Below, in pieces: positions 1 to 37,781 of a DNA stretch of 64,000 nucleotides; the first letter of the stretch is position 1, and each line of letters opens with the position of its first letter. The translations under genes and the position numbers were made by a program. The stretch is from the human T2T-CHM13v2.0 reference genome, Homo sapiens: NCBI RefSeq assembly GCF_009914755.1, contig NC_060927.1. One strand, written 5' to 3'. The notes beneath the pieces are model-generated. The model saw only the letters and a program-made list of their open reading frames with translations, was not told the origin of the DNA and ran no database searches.

Positions 1-1615
1 AGTTCACTGCCATCTCAGCTGATCTATTATCTGCACATCCCTGGCCATGAATGTTACTCCAGTGCAAATGACACTATTCTTGGGAACGTAGAGACTACCA
101 AATTACCACCTTCACACTAAACTCTAATTACTCCACAATCTCTTGTCATATGGATTTTCTTTAGTGCACTATCAAAAATTTGTATGGAATTACAGGAAAA
201 ATGTAACATATTCTTTTCAGAAAAAAGTACCAAATATCTTTTGCAAACGTTCATAAAATTGACTAGCTCAACTCCGACCACGTAACAGGTATGAATTAGC
301 AGGCACAGTTGTTACGTTCAAATAAAACAGAAAGAGAGGAACAAGTGGGATTAACCATTTCTAATTAAAAGGAAGAATGGTACAAAGGCCAATGTTTCCC
401 AGCATGTTCCCCAAAACAAACAAACAGATGACAGGAAAGTAAAGGATCATATAGTCAAGAAATCAAAGCCTACAGCAGTTCCCAAACAAGTGACTGAAAT
501 GCCCTTCCTCCCACCCCATGCACATTTGCAGGCCTTTGTACACTTGCTTTCTTGCTCTCTCCTGGATAGTCTCTTGCTCTCTCATATGTTTCTGCTCTCA
601 AGTATTAGCCTTTTCCTGAAAATATTTCAGGACTAGGTTCCCTGGAGCATATTTTCAGAAATCTTGATGCAAGGAATGCCAGGGAAAGGTGTTCTGCCAC
701 ATCTCAGTGCAAGTTAAGTGGAAAAGCTGTTTCCAGCAAAAGGGCTTTAAGTAGCTAGCAGGATGACTTTCTTGATGATTAGCAAGGACATGGGTCCTCC
801 TTTTAATCAGGGCTCATGTGACATAGCACAGACCGACTGTTATAAACATGGTAGTTGATCTATTAGCAAGAGATGACAGGGCAGCTAAAATAAGCTGTAA
901 AAATCATCTACGCATACACGCAGGAACAGACTCACTAAACATTTGCTTGCTTCACTTGTAGGCAGGGCCAAGGATCTAGCCCACCCAGCTGAACTAGAGG
1001 TCTCAGTCTTTTTTGGTAAACACAAACAACAATGCTGGTTATTAGATGTCTACCTACTTATATTATAAATTTTCTGTACCATTGCATACCTGAACAACTC
1101 TTCATGTCTCAGACCACATATCCTTATCCATATATTTATTAAAATGGTCACTAGACTGCTAAGAGATTACAGAGAGTCACACAAATACCTAACACTCTAG
1201 CAGACTGCTCAACATGCTCAGGAAGGGTTAGTTTCCTTTCTCTGGTCCCATCTCCAACTTCCACACTTGCCTTTTATTCCTCCTAGCTTTCAGAGTTACT
1301 ACATATTTCAGTGTCTCTCAGTTTTGCTTTTCTAGGTTTTAGTTTTATTAATCTAAAAGTCATCAGAAAAAAAAAATCCTGGTTTTGTTTTTTTTTTTCC
1401 CCCAGAGCAACTTTTAAACCAGCTCATCACATACACGTACACCATGGTTTACAGTTAAAAACACTGCCCATATATAATTATGCAAGCCATTTTCCTTCTA
1501 GGCTGAGGATATAACAGAAATATCTGGGGCTGAAGGCTGGCATCAGGCAAGTTTTCAACTCTCTTTCCCACCTTATGAGTTTACATGTGTCAGGGGCAGA
1601 AGAGAGGATACTTAC

Positions 1616-22256
<20,641 letters not shown>

Positions 22257-22479
22257 CTGGAAAAAAAGTTAACATTTTTGTCTTCAAAGAATTAGAAATT
22301 TAAAACTAAAATTAACATCAATTTTTAAAACAGGAAGAAAACAGTGTAGAGTCTTTACACAATTTAAATAAAAACATATGTGTTTTAAGTTCCCCTTTCC
22401 AGGTAAAGAACAGACATACTAATAGGCATTATTCTGGGCTGGCTCCCATCCAGCCTGCCCTTTTCTAAAGCCAGTACTC

Positions 22480-22740
22480 TGAATGATGCTTCCACCTTCT
22501 TTGCCAGCTCCATTTCCTTCTAGGCCTCTTAAATGCAAGTGTCTTTTTGAGATCTTTTTCCTCCTGTCTTCCTGGGCAACCTTGCTCAATCTCCTGACTT
22601 TTAACCATCATCTGCAAAGCAGTTACCCCCACATCTACACTTCCACCTCTGGCTTCTCTCTGACTCTAGAAGGGTATTTTCTCCTAAATATTCCATAAGT
22701 ACTACAAAGTCAACATGATCTGCATCTGAATTAAGGCTGC
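22480..22740 (+). mobile_element. L2 fragment
   Basis: Pyrimidine-rich L2-like text (ttttaaccatcatctgc ... ctctctgactctaga ... aagtcaacatg). Confidence 0.5.
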
Positions 22741-24712
22741 CTGGATCCATAAGGAGACCTCAGCAGCATACCACTGGAATGAAAGAGGAGGTGTATCTCC
22801 TCCCTCCTCCCACGTCAAGGAAAACAGACTAGAGAAGCACAGAAATAGAGAAGGAAGGGACTCTCCAAAGAATTTATAAAAGGGTCCACAAAAGAACTAG
22901 TCAGGTTCACCATCAGCCACAGCCAGAAGAAACCAGCGGCAAACCGATGTTCGGTTCTGTAAGACCTTTCTGCCCTTTATCCTCCCTCCCCACCCAGTCT
23001 ACTCTGAAGAATCCAGAGTCGCCTGGTGAGCAGGGGAGGAAGAGCAGACATGTCTGGCAGACAACAAGGGAGAAGAGGCATACCACAACACTCCTTCCCA
23101 CTGCAGGCTCCACACCTACAGCAAGCAGAAGCTGGACAGGAGGGAGAAGCCTTACCTTTGAATTAACTGTCCTGGACTAGACCAGACATAACAATTAATG
23201 AACCAAGACTGTGTGTTTATGAATACAAGTTTTGAACTATTTTTTGCTTTTAATCTGAGAGAAGTTAGTGAAGCAAACAAGTTTGTCTAAGATTTCATCC
23301 AGGAACAGAAAACTCAGCTCCACAAAATGGTTTGAATAGGCACCGAGGGAGAGAACAGAGTAAATTAAAATTCTGATCTACCCTTTGAATCCTGTTTGTT
23401 CAGCATTATGGTCAAATATGATCTCATTCTTGGCAGGCTAAGCCAAACGTGTTACTCCATTCTTTGGCCAGTCACAAGCTCCCCGTGACTACATACAATT
23501 TAAGCATCAATCACTGGTTGACCATATACAATTCACAGAACAGCCCCAACACTACTGGCTGCTGCCAAAGTCATCAGGGTCCCAGAAAACTCCCTTTCCC
23601 CATCCCTGCAGCAATCCCTTGCTGCTTAAGGGATTCCCTGCCTCTCTTCTTGCCCTTTCTCCATTGTTATGATGGCCAACAACCACCATTGTCCTCTTTT
23701 CAGGTTGGCCATCATCTCCTGCGTTCTATAGCTTCTCCCCACACTGTGTCTTTCCTTGTCATCCCATATAAAACTTCCATTCTCAGGACTCCATCTACTA
23801 TCACGATAGACCCTACCTCTATTCACACCTCTGCTAACATCTCCGTCTCTAACTCCTAGAATGCCTGTGACCACTCAAATTTGTATGGTGTGGTCCTCTG
23901 ATGACATGCATACCCCAATCTCAACTTTTCCCTCATCCGTAGGCAGTCATTGCAATAATCCCTGCCCCATCCCCTTCCTCTACCAGGGTTCCTTTTCCAT
24001 TCACCAGATGATCCTTTCCCCCTGCATTATTATTATAAAGGAATTCAATATAACTCTATATCTATGGCATCTCTACCATGTACCTGGACAGAAGTGTAAA
24101 ACTGGGATAAAAATAGTTGTGTTCCAAAAAGTTTGGTTCCAAGTCCACTGCTAAAAAGTAATTTTTTTTCAAACATATACATGTATGGAGTGTAAGCCCC
24201 TTGGACAATTACTAAAATCCTTTCAAAACTAAGAGGTTCCTTGGATTACTACTAATAGCCCCATCTTAAATTAAGTTTGGAATAAAGAAAGGAAAGTGTA
24301 AGATTAGCCCTATAGAACATCACGAAGCCAGGCCCTGAACTGTGCACTCACAGTCTTTGAGAATTTCACTGAGGTGGGGGAAACATATAGGGAAAGAGCT
24401 AAATTACAATACTATCATGATAAAACAGAGGCAAGAATAGGATGCTCAGGAACACGTAAGCTCCCCAGCTGGAAGGAAAAACACTCCCTTCACCGCCAAT
24501 CCACTGGCCAAAGTTCTCACCGTCTGGGTAGAAAGTTATAAGGGCATAAATATGCCAGTTAAAAGTGAATCTGATTGCACTAATGGACATATTATAGACT
24601 GAATTTCAGCAATCATGCAAAACTTTCAAAGAAAGGAACAGGTGAACTATCCAAGATCCTACAGCAGCAAAGTCCCCAGTATAGGCGGAAACAATTCTAA
24701 CCTAGCAACACC

Positions 24713-24714
<2 letters not shown>

Positions 24715-24759
<45 letters not shown>
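24715..24759. repeat. (TAA)n trinucleotide STR, about 15 units
   Basis: Perfect taataa run; produces the poly-Ile in ORF 24615..24920. Confidence 0.95.
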
Positions 24760-24761
<2 letters not shown>

Positions 24762-25924
24762 CCTAGCAGCATAGTCAAGAAAAACATACAAGGCAGACTG
24801 TTCATCACCCACCCCAGTCACCTCAGACTAAATATTAAACATTATTGTAGAAGGTCAAGGATAGAGGGGAAAAAAGCTGAATTTACAAATTACAATCTGG
24901 TGGAATTGCTGTTTACTTAATACAATGCAGCAGCAATCAGGGTAAACTCACTTTTGCAAACTTAATATTGTGTGGTACCAGATAATCAGGTCATAATTAT
25001 CTTTGGCTTAGGAAGGACAGAACTCATCAGCATGATTTCATCTTCAGTAAGAGAATGGAGGCTCTGCTAGATGAAACCAAGTAGAGAGGGAGTGTGGGGG
25101 ATATGGGTGAAGAGTGCTGGGTGCAGGATGGTATTCCATTCTTTATTCTCTTCCCTTGGATTCAGTCAGGAAGATAATACCCTGACAGCTGGCCCAAAGT
25201 ACCCATTTATCAAACTGAATCATACAACTGTCTTTGACAGTTCCACACTAAATGGAAATTTACATATTTGACATATTAACAGCAGTGTGTCTCAAGAGCC
25301 AGGAGATCATAGGACACAGTTATAAACTTTCATAAATAACCTGAATAAATCCCATAAAATGTCCACAGAAAGGCAAGCGTGTTTGCGAATTATTGTTAAA
25401 ATTCAAAGGTCTTAGAAAAGCTGAGAAATACTCATGATTACATGCATGGCATCATAATAGCAAACTGTTAACGCAAGAAGAATGTATTTTTGCAAATACA
25501 GGAGAAAAAAGATGTGGCAAACAGGAATAGAGTATATATATGTAGAAACTATGAGGTAATTGTGCTATTAATACTATCTTACTCAGAACTGGACAAGCCG
25601 TCGTTATAACAGCAGCTTCTAATCCTGATGTAATGTAACTTAAGAATTCAGAAATGGTTTGAAGGCTGGAGAATATCACCGAGGAGGAGGAGGGTGAAAG
25701 AATGGAGCAGCGGTGACGGATGGAGACATGGAGAAGGGTTGTTCTTCACCAGGCTCAAGAAAAGAATAAAGGAAAACAAACTGAAAAAGGCTCAAACTAT
25801 AGGCTGAAGAAACCACATCAGGTAAAGGGAAGTCAGAGTGAAAACTGGCCCTTCGAACTGAAAAATCTAGAAAGAAGAGGAGGAGAGGGAGAGAGGCAGG
25901 TGCTAATATAAGGGCTGAAGACAC

Positions 25925-26125
25925 AGCCTTGATGCCTGGGTTAAAATCCCAGCTTCATTTCTCATGAGGTGAGCTGCTGAACTTCTGTGAACTTCAGTTT
26001 CCTTGTACGGTTTGTGGGGATAATAATAGATGTATCTCTTTGGCTGAATGTCAGAGTTAAATGAGTTCATATATATCAAGTGCTTAGAATACTGCCTGGC
26101 ACAGAGTAAACACTATTAAAATGCT
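25925..26125 (+). mobile_element. MIR
   Basis: cctgggttaaaatcccagct ... cagtttcctt ... agtgcttagaatactgcctggcacagagtaaacact. Confidence 0.8.
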
Positions 26126-26214
26126 TAAATAGCTTAAAAGTGCCAGAGAAAAAAATCAGGCGATCTCCCCTGAGCCCTTCCAACCCTACAGTTAAAGTCT
26201 AATAACAAAGTAAT

Positions 26215-26325
26215 CATATGTATGTGTATATGCATATATGTGCATATATATATATATACACATACACACACTCTCTCACACACACACTCTCTCTCACACA
26301 CACAGATGTATACACACACATATAT
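26215..26325. repeat. Compound (TA)/(CA)/(CT) microsatellite
   Basis: atatatatatatatacacatacacacactctctcacacacac. Confidence 0.85.
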
Positions 26326-28658
26326 CTGACTTAAAAAGGCAATGACATTGGTCTCAGTTTTCTTTTACTTAAAAAATTTCTTTAAATAAAAGAAAAAGCA
26401 AATAATAATTCCATATGTTATTTAAACCCTTAAGTTTTTGAAAATAAAAACGGAAAGACAGTAGAACAGACCATATAGAATTTCTGTGCTTGTACCTCTT
26501 TTAGAAAACTTCACTATTAAGCACATACACACACATACGCACTACCTTTCTTTCTTTTACCATGCATTCTCCAGGCTTTTGAGCTGTGATTTATCTAGCT
26601 AGGTTTACTGTTTCACTTAGAATGAGGATAGCTAATCAATCCTTGTCACCTATCTCTATTTTTCTATTTATACTCTGAAGTCAAGGGCATCAGTCAAGAT
26701 GAACTAATGCTGCTAAAATCTCTGCAACAAAAAGCTATATATTGAATATTCTCATAGCACCAAACAAGTTTAAGGAAAAATAAGTATGAAAATAATGGTT
26801 CAATCTCAGCAGTCAAGATCTTTAATGCAGAATAACACTGCAACAGGAATAGGATTTGAATCCAAGAACTCAGGAGAAAAAGATGAAAATCCATAATACT
26901 CATCTCATCTCCTGCTTACTTAAAAGGGGTTTAATATTTTCCATGCAACCAGGAATGGAAAGAGGTTCTATTCCCCCCAAAAGCACTCAGGAGTTTAAAA
27001 ACGTGCCAGCTTCCTACAGCAATTTTCCATTTTAACTCTGACTTCCATTTGAAAGTCACACGAGAAATCAGCTGTATACATTCACTTATGGGCAAAATGC
27101 ATATCTATGCAATTTCAAGGCAAACTGCTCCAATTCATAATCAGAAAGCAACACTCCAAAATTAGGCAGAAAACACTGCTAAGTGTTTTGACATCTTAAA
27201 CCAAGAGAGGGCAATGTTTCTTTGGCAGAAGAAATAGCCTGTGAAATTTTGTTTTTGGTCCCGACTATAACATAATGTTTTATTTTTAAAAAACAAACAA
27301 CAAACAACAGAAGCTTGGTATGAAAGTCACACAATTCAACTTGTGAAAACATTGAGATTTGCAAGTACCTCTATCTTCTTATATATAAAACAAAAATTAA
27401 AATGAACAAAGTATGCTTTTGATAATTGTGATTGAAGAATGTTTAAGCTTAATACTAAGAAAGATGACACAAAAAGGAGAATAAATTGAAATTAATATAC
27501 GTCTCAGACTTCAATACTTTTGAGGGTTTCTTTGGGGCTAATGTCATAGAAATTAAGAGCCTTTATGTGACAGTTTTTGGTTGTAATTCTAAATCACCAG
27601 AGGTGGGGTGGAAGCCAGCCACCTGCCCATCCCATTCCTCCATAAAAGAACAAGTTGATGGGTCAACACAAAGTCAACATCATGCATTCTTTCAATTACT
27701 TTTCCTTCCTTCTTCCATAATTTTACCTTACAAGAAGTCTAAGACAGAATACTGGAGATCTCCTAGAAAACAACCCCCATAAAAGAAAGAAATAAAAAGA
27801 AAAAGGAGGTGGACCACTATTACCATTTTAAGGCTGACACAGGACTCTCCCTCCAGTGCCCAGAAGTAGGGAAGGACATCGCTAGGGCACAGACTTTGGT
27901 TCCTCCTCTCGTTTCCTTCAAAAACGTCTCCTCAGAGTTCTGCATCCATCTTCAAAATTTAACTACAACCTCTCACAGATGACTCCCAAACCATGAAACC
28001 CAGATTTTACTTCTCACTCAATTCCAGTTTCATTCCTTCAATAAAATTCAATCTTTTGAGTCTGCTTCATAATTTATGGCTGAATTTAATTTTTAATAAG
28101 CCCTTTCCCACACATTCAAGGCCCAGGCCTGGGGGGGCAAAACCTCCCAGTGGCTTCTCACCACATCGGGAGTGAAACCCCACAAGGCCCTCACAGGGCC
28201 TTACCCCATCGTTCATCCTGCCCGACCCCAGCAGCCTCTCTGTTAGGCTTGAACATGCCAGGCACACTTTCCCCTCAGCCCCTCCTACTGCCTTTCCTTG
28301 AGCCTCACTGCTCTTGCTCCAGGTATCTGAGCAACTAGCTCCCTTACTTCCTTCAGATCCTCACTAGAAAGATGCGTTCACACCCAGAACATCCTGTCTA
28401 AAATTGCAACTAGCTTTCTGCCCTCAATACTTCGTCTCCTTTCCTACATTATTTTTCTCTTTAGTGCTGATCATCATGCTTTGTTTTTACTTATTAATTA
28501 AACATAATTTATTAATTATAAAATAATAATTTTTATTACTGTTATAAATAAGTAAAATAATAATTTTTACTTATTAATTCCCTGTCTATCACAAAAGAAC
28601 AGAACCTCGATTGAGGGCGAGAATTTCTGAATTACTTTATCTCATTATCGTATCCCTG

Positions 28659-31211
<2,553 letters not shown>

Positions 31212-31235
31212 CCCTGGTACACTGAATTGTAGTCA

Positions 31236-31572
31236 TGTATTAGTCTATTCTCATACTGCTATACAGATACTACCTGAGACTGGGTAACTTATGAACAAAA
31301 GAGGTTTAACTGACTCACAGTTCCGCATGGCTAGGGAGGCCTCAGGAAATTTACAATCATGGTGGAAGATGAAGGGGAAGCAAGGCACCTCTTACAAGGG
31401 GCAAGTGCCACTTTTAAACCATCAGATCTTGTAAGAACTCCCTCACTATTACGAGAACAGCATGGGGAAACCACCCCCATGATCCACTCACCTCCCACCA
31501 GGTCCCTCCCTCGACACATGGGGATTACAATTCTAGATGAGATTTGGGTGGGGACACAGAGCAAGGCATTCA
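31236..31572 (-). mobile_element. MST-type MaLR LTR
   Basis: tgtattagtctattctcatactgctat ... gagatttgggtggggacacagagc (reverse LTR orientation). Confidence 0.85.
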
Positions 31573-33404
31573 ATAGATACTTCTTGAATAAATTAATGAG
31601 TGAGTGAGTGAAGTAATGAACAACTAAGTACCTTGAAGGTTGGGACTAGCCACCTTTTTCCTTTTCATCTATATCCTAGCCCCTCACTACCACTTCAGTC
31701 TCAATCCCTCAGTTCCTAATATCTAGTGATATTCGACAGCACTTGTTCAATGATTGAATGCACTTGGAAGAGATTTCATTCTCTTCCACCTTTCCCTGCC
31801 ATCTTCTATGCCCCAGCACTTTAACTAAATTCCCAAATATGTAGGCTCATTAGTACCACATGTCCCAGAAAAGAGATAGATAACAGAATAGAGATTAAAT
31901 TTATATGTTGGTGTGTAGGCTCACACTATTAGCATTAGTTAAATAATAGTCCTGAAATACGGACACTTTCAGAATGCTGAGAAAAAAAAGAACATTCAGA
32001 TTAACTATTTTTTTACTGCCTGGCAATTGCAGTATTTTTTTACTGTACAATAAAGTTACTGTAATAGTTCACACAAGTGTCCATTTTTAAGTTTGCTAAT
32101 GCATACGGTTTGTAAAGTAGCTTATATGGAAATTTTAACCATGACTTGAATTGGTGCTTAACTGCCTTTTCTTTTGTGGATAAAACTATACCCAGGCTTT
32201 TCCTCATGCCACTAATTGAGATTTGGCTTTTTCAAATAAGTATTATATGAGCTGACTTAACATACATTTCTTCATGCTGTTCTTTTTGGCATTCTTTCAA
32301 GTGCTGAGCTACTAATAATCATTCTCATTATCAGATGAAGTCTATTCACTTCTCATGAAAGGATTCTTCTCTTAGCTGCCCTGAGCTATTATGTTATAAC
32401 CCAGCAATGGCCTAGGCACCTCGGGAAACACCAAAGTATAGGAGTTACTCTTATACAAAAGCTTATAACAAATAAATACACGTTGTGAGAAGAGGCTAAG
32501 ACAGGTAAAACATAAGACAATTAGAGATCACCAAAGGTTAGCCAGGCTAGGATGACATAATGAACTGCTGAGTCAGCAGATTCTTAAACAGAATCTCTTT
32601 GAGAGCTGAGAGGAATAATATCCTCCTCTTCCATAAAAAGGCTGCACTCTACAAAGCAAATACTATATTCTCAAAGACATGTATAAGTGTATATACATAT
32701 ATATTGGAAACTTAAGGACTCACAGTAATAGAAATAAAAGTTATTCTAAAATTAGATATCTATAAATAGAACCTGTATAGTACTATTCCTCTTATCTAGC
32801 AATCAGATTGCAGCTGGACAGCATCATAGTATTTCAGAAAATTATGCACAAGAGAAAAAGAGAGGCAGAGGGGAAGCGAGAGAAGAGGGGGTTGTTTCTT
32901 GCTCCCAAAATTGATGCAAACATGTGTAAGAATGCCCTTAAGATGGATAAAATATGCAAAAGCACACTGCTCTTAAAATGCAACTATGAATAGTTTTCAA
33001 AATTGATGTGCTTGAAACAAACCTAAAAGACATCTAATTTCCATAAGTTGTCTGATTTTTTAATAGGAACTTGCCTTTACGGACGCTGCAAGTAATGCTA
33101 GCAAAAAGGAAACAACCTAAAATCCAATACTCAAGTATTAACCCCTAAAAGTTTTATGTCATATTGCAGAGAATACCCTCAACTAGGTTGGAATGCACCT
33201 AACTACCACTGTCTTCTCCTTCAAATCAATGTAGCAGTACACACAAGTTAACTCACCTTCATTCAAACTTCCAATTTCAAGTTCTACTTCAAAATTAAAA
33301 TATGCAACATATCTTGGAAAAGGTTCATAAAAGTAAGTCTTGTAAAAAGATGCTATTTAAGATCTCTTAGTCTTATTTAAGGTTACTACTGCATCCCAAA
33401 TATT

Positions 33405-34400
33405 TCATTCAACAAATCAAACAAATATTAATTGGGCCCCTACTATATGCCAAGCACTGTTCAGATATATGGGGACATACTGTAAGTAAAACATAAAAAA
33501 CAATTTGCCTTTAGGAGGATTTTATTCTCACAGAGAGATATAGATGATAAATAATAAATAGAATAAATAATATGCTAGCAGGTAATTATTGCTAAAGAAG
33601 TAGAGTAAAAGAGATCGAAAGAGACTGGAGGCGTGGGGAGAATGGGCCAGGCTGCATTTTAAAATAGAGTGATGAGGGCAGGCCTCACTGAGAAGGATAT
33701 TTCAGTGGGGACATGTGAGACAAGACTTGAAAGACTGAAGGGGTCAGTCAGTACTACAGATATCTAGGGGGAGACTCTTCCAAAATAGAGGGAGTAACCC
33801 ATAGGAAAGCTGTACAGTGCAAGCACACTGGGATGTCCTCAGAGAAACAGGCAGTCTAGAGTGACTGAGGCAGGGTGAGCCCGGAAAGTCAAAGCATAAG
33901 GGAAGGGGAAGGGGCAGAGTGCAATGGTCACAGAGCCCACTGAGAACTTGGGATTTTACTCTTGGAGAAATTGGGAACCATTAGAGAGTTTTTTTTTTTT
34001 TTCTTAGAGATGGGGTCTCACTATGTTGCCTAGGCTGGACATGAACTCTTAGGCTTTAGCCTCAGCCTCCCAAGTAGGTGGGACTACAGGTGCATACCAC
34101 CATGCCAGCTCCAGTGCAGAGATCTGAGCAGAAATGATGTTGACTTAGGTTTTAAATATTGATCCCTCTAGTCAGACTGCATGGGTACAAGATGCAAGCA
34201 GGGAAACTAGTTCTGCAGTAATTGAGGCATGAGGGTAATGGAAGAAGAGGACCAGTGTGCGTGCTGTGGAGGCCATATAATATTCAGATTCTACATTTAT
34301 ACTCAAGATCAAACTACTGCATGTTATCAGCTGAGATGGGGAAGGCCAATGACATCATAGTTTTGTGAGGAAGATCAGAAGTAAGATATGATTATAGAGT
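33405..34400 (-). mobile_element. L2 fragment interrupted by a FLAM/Alu monomer (approx. 33989-34110)
   Basis: tcattcaacaaat ... cctactatatgccaagcactgtt (L2 3' end, reverse); gagatggggtctcactatgttgcctaggctgg. Confidence 0.7.
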
Positions 34401-35034
34401 GATGTGCTCAGCCTGGAAGAGTCCAGTTAGACTCCCAGAGGTTACATTTGATTGGGTGTTGACAGATGACAATGCAGGAAGGATAGAGAAAAATCCAGAC
34501 AGTGGATAGGGAATGTGTGGGAACAATGAAACAAAATCAAAAATAATCCGCGGTATTCCTCAAACTTTCCTAAAATAAGAATGTGGAGTGCTTGTTACTA
34601 GCACAGATTCCCAGGGCCCAACTCAAATCTACTGAATCCGAATTTACTGGCAATCTGAAAGTTTAGTAAGAGTGCCTCACCCACTCCCCATGAGCTTTTC
34701 TAGGGGAGTTTTGTCAATACTATGTTTAGCATAGGATTGATGGAAAGGTGGATAATAACAGCAGGGAAGAATGAATGAGATAGGGCTAAAAAGAACTTCA
34801 TCACATCTGCATGATTGTAAAATTAACTTTGTATGTGTAGAAGATAGAGCATCTGAGAAAGAGTAGAGGTTAATGGATTCATTAGCAGGTCATCGCAGCA
34901 ACCTAAAAAAAGTATGATGGAGGTTAAACTTACATATTGTTTGAATATAACATGACCTTCAGTTTTGCCAATAAAGCAAGCATATTAAAGAGTTGATTTT
35001 TTTTTTGCCAAATATACAAGATTTTAGAGAAGCA

Positions 35035-35890
35035 AAAAAAAAAATGGGGCAAAGAATAGGAACAGCCACTTAAATATATCCTACTGGCCACGAAATATAT
35101 GAAAAAGTGCTCAACTAAATTAGTTATCAGGGAAATGCAAATTATAATCATAGTGCAGTACTACCATTCTCCCATCAAAACAGCTAATATAGAAAAAGAC
35201 ACAAAATACCAATAGTTGGCAAGAATGTGGAGGAAGGAACTCTTCTACTTTGCTAATGGATGTGAAAAAGGTACAACCATTTTAGAAAACTGATAGTGTT
35301 AACTAAAGCTGATGAAGGCATATCCTAAGACCTATAAATCCCACTCCTAGGTATGTACCCAACCCAGTACTTGACATTTATTCACCAAAAGTCATATAGG
35401 AGAGTTTTAATTGCAGCATTACTCATAACAGCCCCAAACTGAAACCACATCTATCATAGTAGAACGGATAAGCTGTGGTTGTTCAAAATGCAAAATATCA
35501 TTCAGCAATGTGAACAAACTAAATAATTCATAGATGAATTTCACAAACATAATATGAGGAAAGGAGCCAGACAGCAAAGTGGTACTTACTGAATGATTAC
35601 ATTTATAAAAAGTTCAAAAACAGGCACGAGTGAAACTAATCTCTGATGATAGAAGACAAGATACTATTCACACTGTGCACATGGGGGCAGCGGTCGGGCA
35701 ATAACTGGAAGAGAGTAAGAGGGAGCATTTTTGAGTGCCAGTGATGTTCTGATTCTCATGCTGGTGGTGTTCTGATTCTTGGTCTGAGAGCTGGCTACAC
35801 TGTTTGCTTTGTGAAAATTCATTGAGCTGTTTACTTATGATTCGTGTACTTTTGTGAATGTATAATTCAATAACATTTACCAAAAATTTA
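35035..35890 (+). mobile_element. Old L1 (L1M-type) 3' fragment
   Basis: atcagggaaatgcaaatta ... gttggcaagaatgtggag ... cccactcctaggtatgtaccc ... gtgaaaattcattgagctg. Confidence 0.8.
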
Positions 35891-37596
35891 CAGACTGTAT
35901 GAAAGAGCTACCTGTTTATATCACATCATGCATTTGTTATTTTTAGTTACATAAATAAAATAGTGAAATATGCAAGAAATTTACATATGTCACTTTTTTT
36001 CTACATCCACATCTCCCAAAACACTTTGGTCCAAACTCTACACATGCATGTCTGACATCTGTGTCTGTGTCAACTCAAGTTAGGTTTTTAGCTTCTGACA
36101 GTTTTCCCAAGCATAGCCATCATCACCCGAGGTAAAGCATTAGTGGAATCTCTGTCTGGTGCCATCACTGGAAATCTTGTCCTAAGCCTCAGATAGGATT
36201 TGGTAAAAATCAGGATAGTTGCCATTTCCATTTGTAATGTAGGAACACATTCATGCTTTCTATATCCCTAATTTGAATGTATTGGGGCTTTTTTTTTTTT
36301 TAGTGGAAAGGTTTGTTTATAAAGATACTTTGCATTTACAACTGTGAGGACACATTCCTAAGAATAAATTCCTACACTATTTTCAAAGCTGCCATACCCT
36401 TTTTTAAAAAGATTTTGTCAGGTGCCCTCCATAATACCTAACCGCATTAAACAGGGTCATGTGGGGCTAATGTGTCTTCCTCACAAATGCTCTATTTAAA
36501 ATAAAGCCTTGGAGAAAGCACCCAGTAATAGCAGAGGCTTTGCATTGACTCCACCTCAAGACTCCCTCTTCTCTGAGGAGTAATTTTGCAGGAAAAGGGG
36601 AACCTCACCTCATATTCAGGCACACGTGGTAATCATTGACAGAGGGCGAGGAATGCACTGAAGCAAACTATATTTAGGAAATAGAATCAAAATGCCTGAG
36701 AGATTGATTCAAAGTGTACTATGAAAGTAGCTCTAAGGATGGTGCCGGTATTTCCGGCTTAGCTACTGTATAAAATGTGGATCCAGCTCCAAGGCGGAGG
36801 GAGTGAGAGTCCACCGTGCCTTCCATTTTAGATATGTCTAATGCTTGATAGAGTTATCAAGATCAAAACAGAAGCTTAGATCATTTAATCTAAGAAGCAA
36901 GTTGCTGGTAGCTAGAGGTCACAGCTGGAATCCTGCTTCCACCACCACCTGCATGTCTAAGGCCTAACACAAGTTCTCCTCCAAAATAACCCCTGCCCAC
37001 CCACCACTGCCACCTCTAACTCTTCCTAGAATTGTATTTCCCAACACCACCAAACTACTTAACTTCTTACATTTGCCACTGAGGAAACTTAAAAAGATGT
37101 TACTCCTAAAGACCATGAAGACAAAGTCAACACTGGGGATAAGGTCAACACTAGACATCTAAAATCTGCTTCCCCAGTTTGACTAGAATTCTTAGTGATA
37201 TCCTACACTTTCTTTTCACTTTCAGATACTTCAAGCTCTCCTTTGGGATGAAAGTGAAAGTATACTTTTTTTAAGATTTTATTTTTTTAATAGCACTTTT
37301 AGGTTCATAGCAAAATTGAAAGAAAGGTACAGAGATTTCCCCATATACTTCCTTTCTTCATACTGGCTACAGAAAATGAATATTTTCCTGATGTGCTATG
37401 AAGAATACATGTGACTCTGAATAGGGTATCTTCCCCACTGAGATATTGGGCATTGCCTGATTTGGGGGAAGAGGGAATATTTTAATCACTATCACTGCAT
37501 AGCATGTAAAAGCCTTCAAGAGTAGAAGGCTGAGATCACTGGGTGAGACCCTCAAAGGTCAAATATAAGAGTTATCCTTTCTTCATCCTTTAAGAA

Positions 37597-37781
37597 AGGG
37601 CAGGGGAGTGGGGGAGGGGGGTGGGAGAGCATCAGGAAGCATAGCTAATGGATACTGGACTTAATGCCCAGGTGATGAGTTGATCTGTGCAGCAAACCAC
37701 CATGGCACACGTTTACCCATGTAACAAACCTGCACATCCTGCACATGTACCCCCGAGCCTAAAAGTTGAAGGAAAAAAAAA
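37597..37781 (+). mobile_element. Very short L1PA/PB 3'UTR fragment including the G-rich tract
   Basis: gcagcaaaccaccatggcacacgtttacccatgtaacaaacctgcacatcctgcacatgtacccc followed by an A tail. Confidence 0.88.

Noticed and set aside
22740-24100. Compositionally distinct block upstream of exon 2 with several 70-136 aa ORFs
   Set aside because: Probably ancient LTR or other repeat fragments; I cannot assign a family, and the ORFs show no protein similarity.
24615-24920. ORF with a poly-Ile pseudo-transmembrane segment
   Set aside because: Generated by the (TAA)n microsatellite.
37597-37626. Strong G-quadruplex motif GGGGCAGGGGAGTGGGGGAGGGGGTGGG
   Set aside because: It is the usual G-rich tract of an L1 3'UTR and is explained by the repeat.
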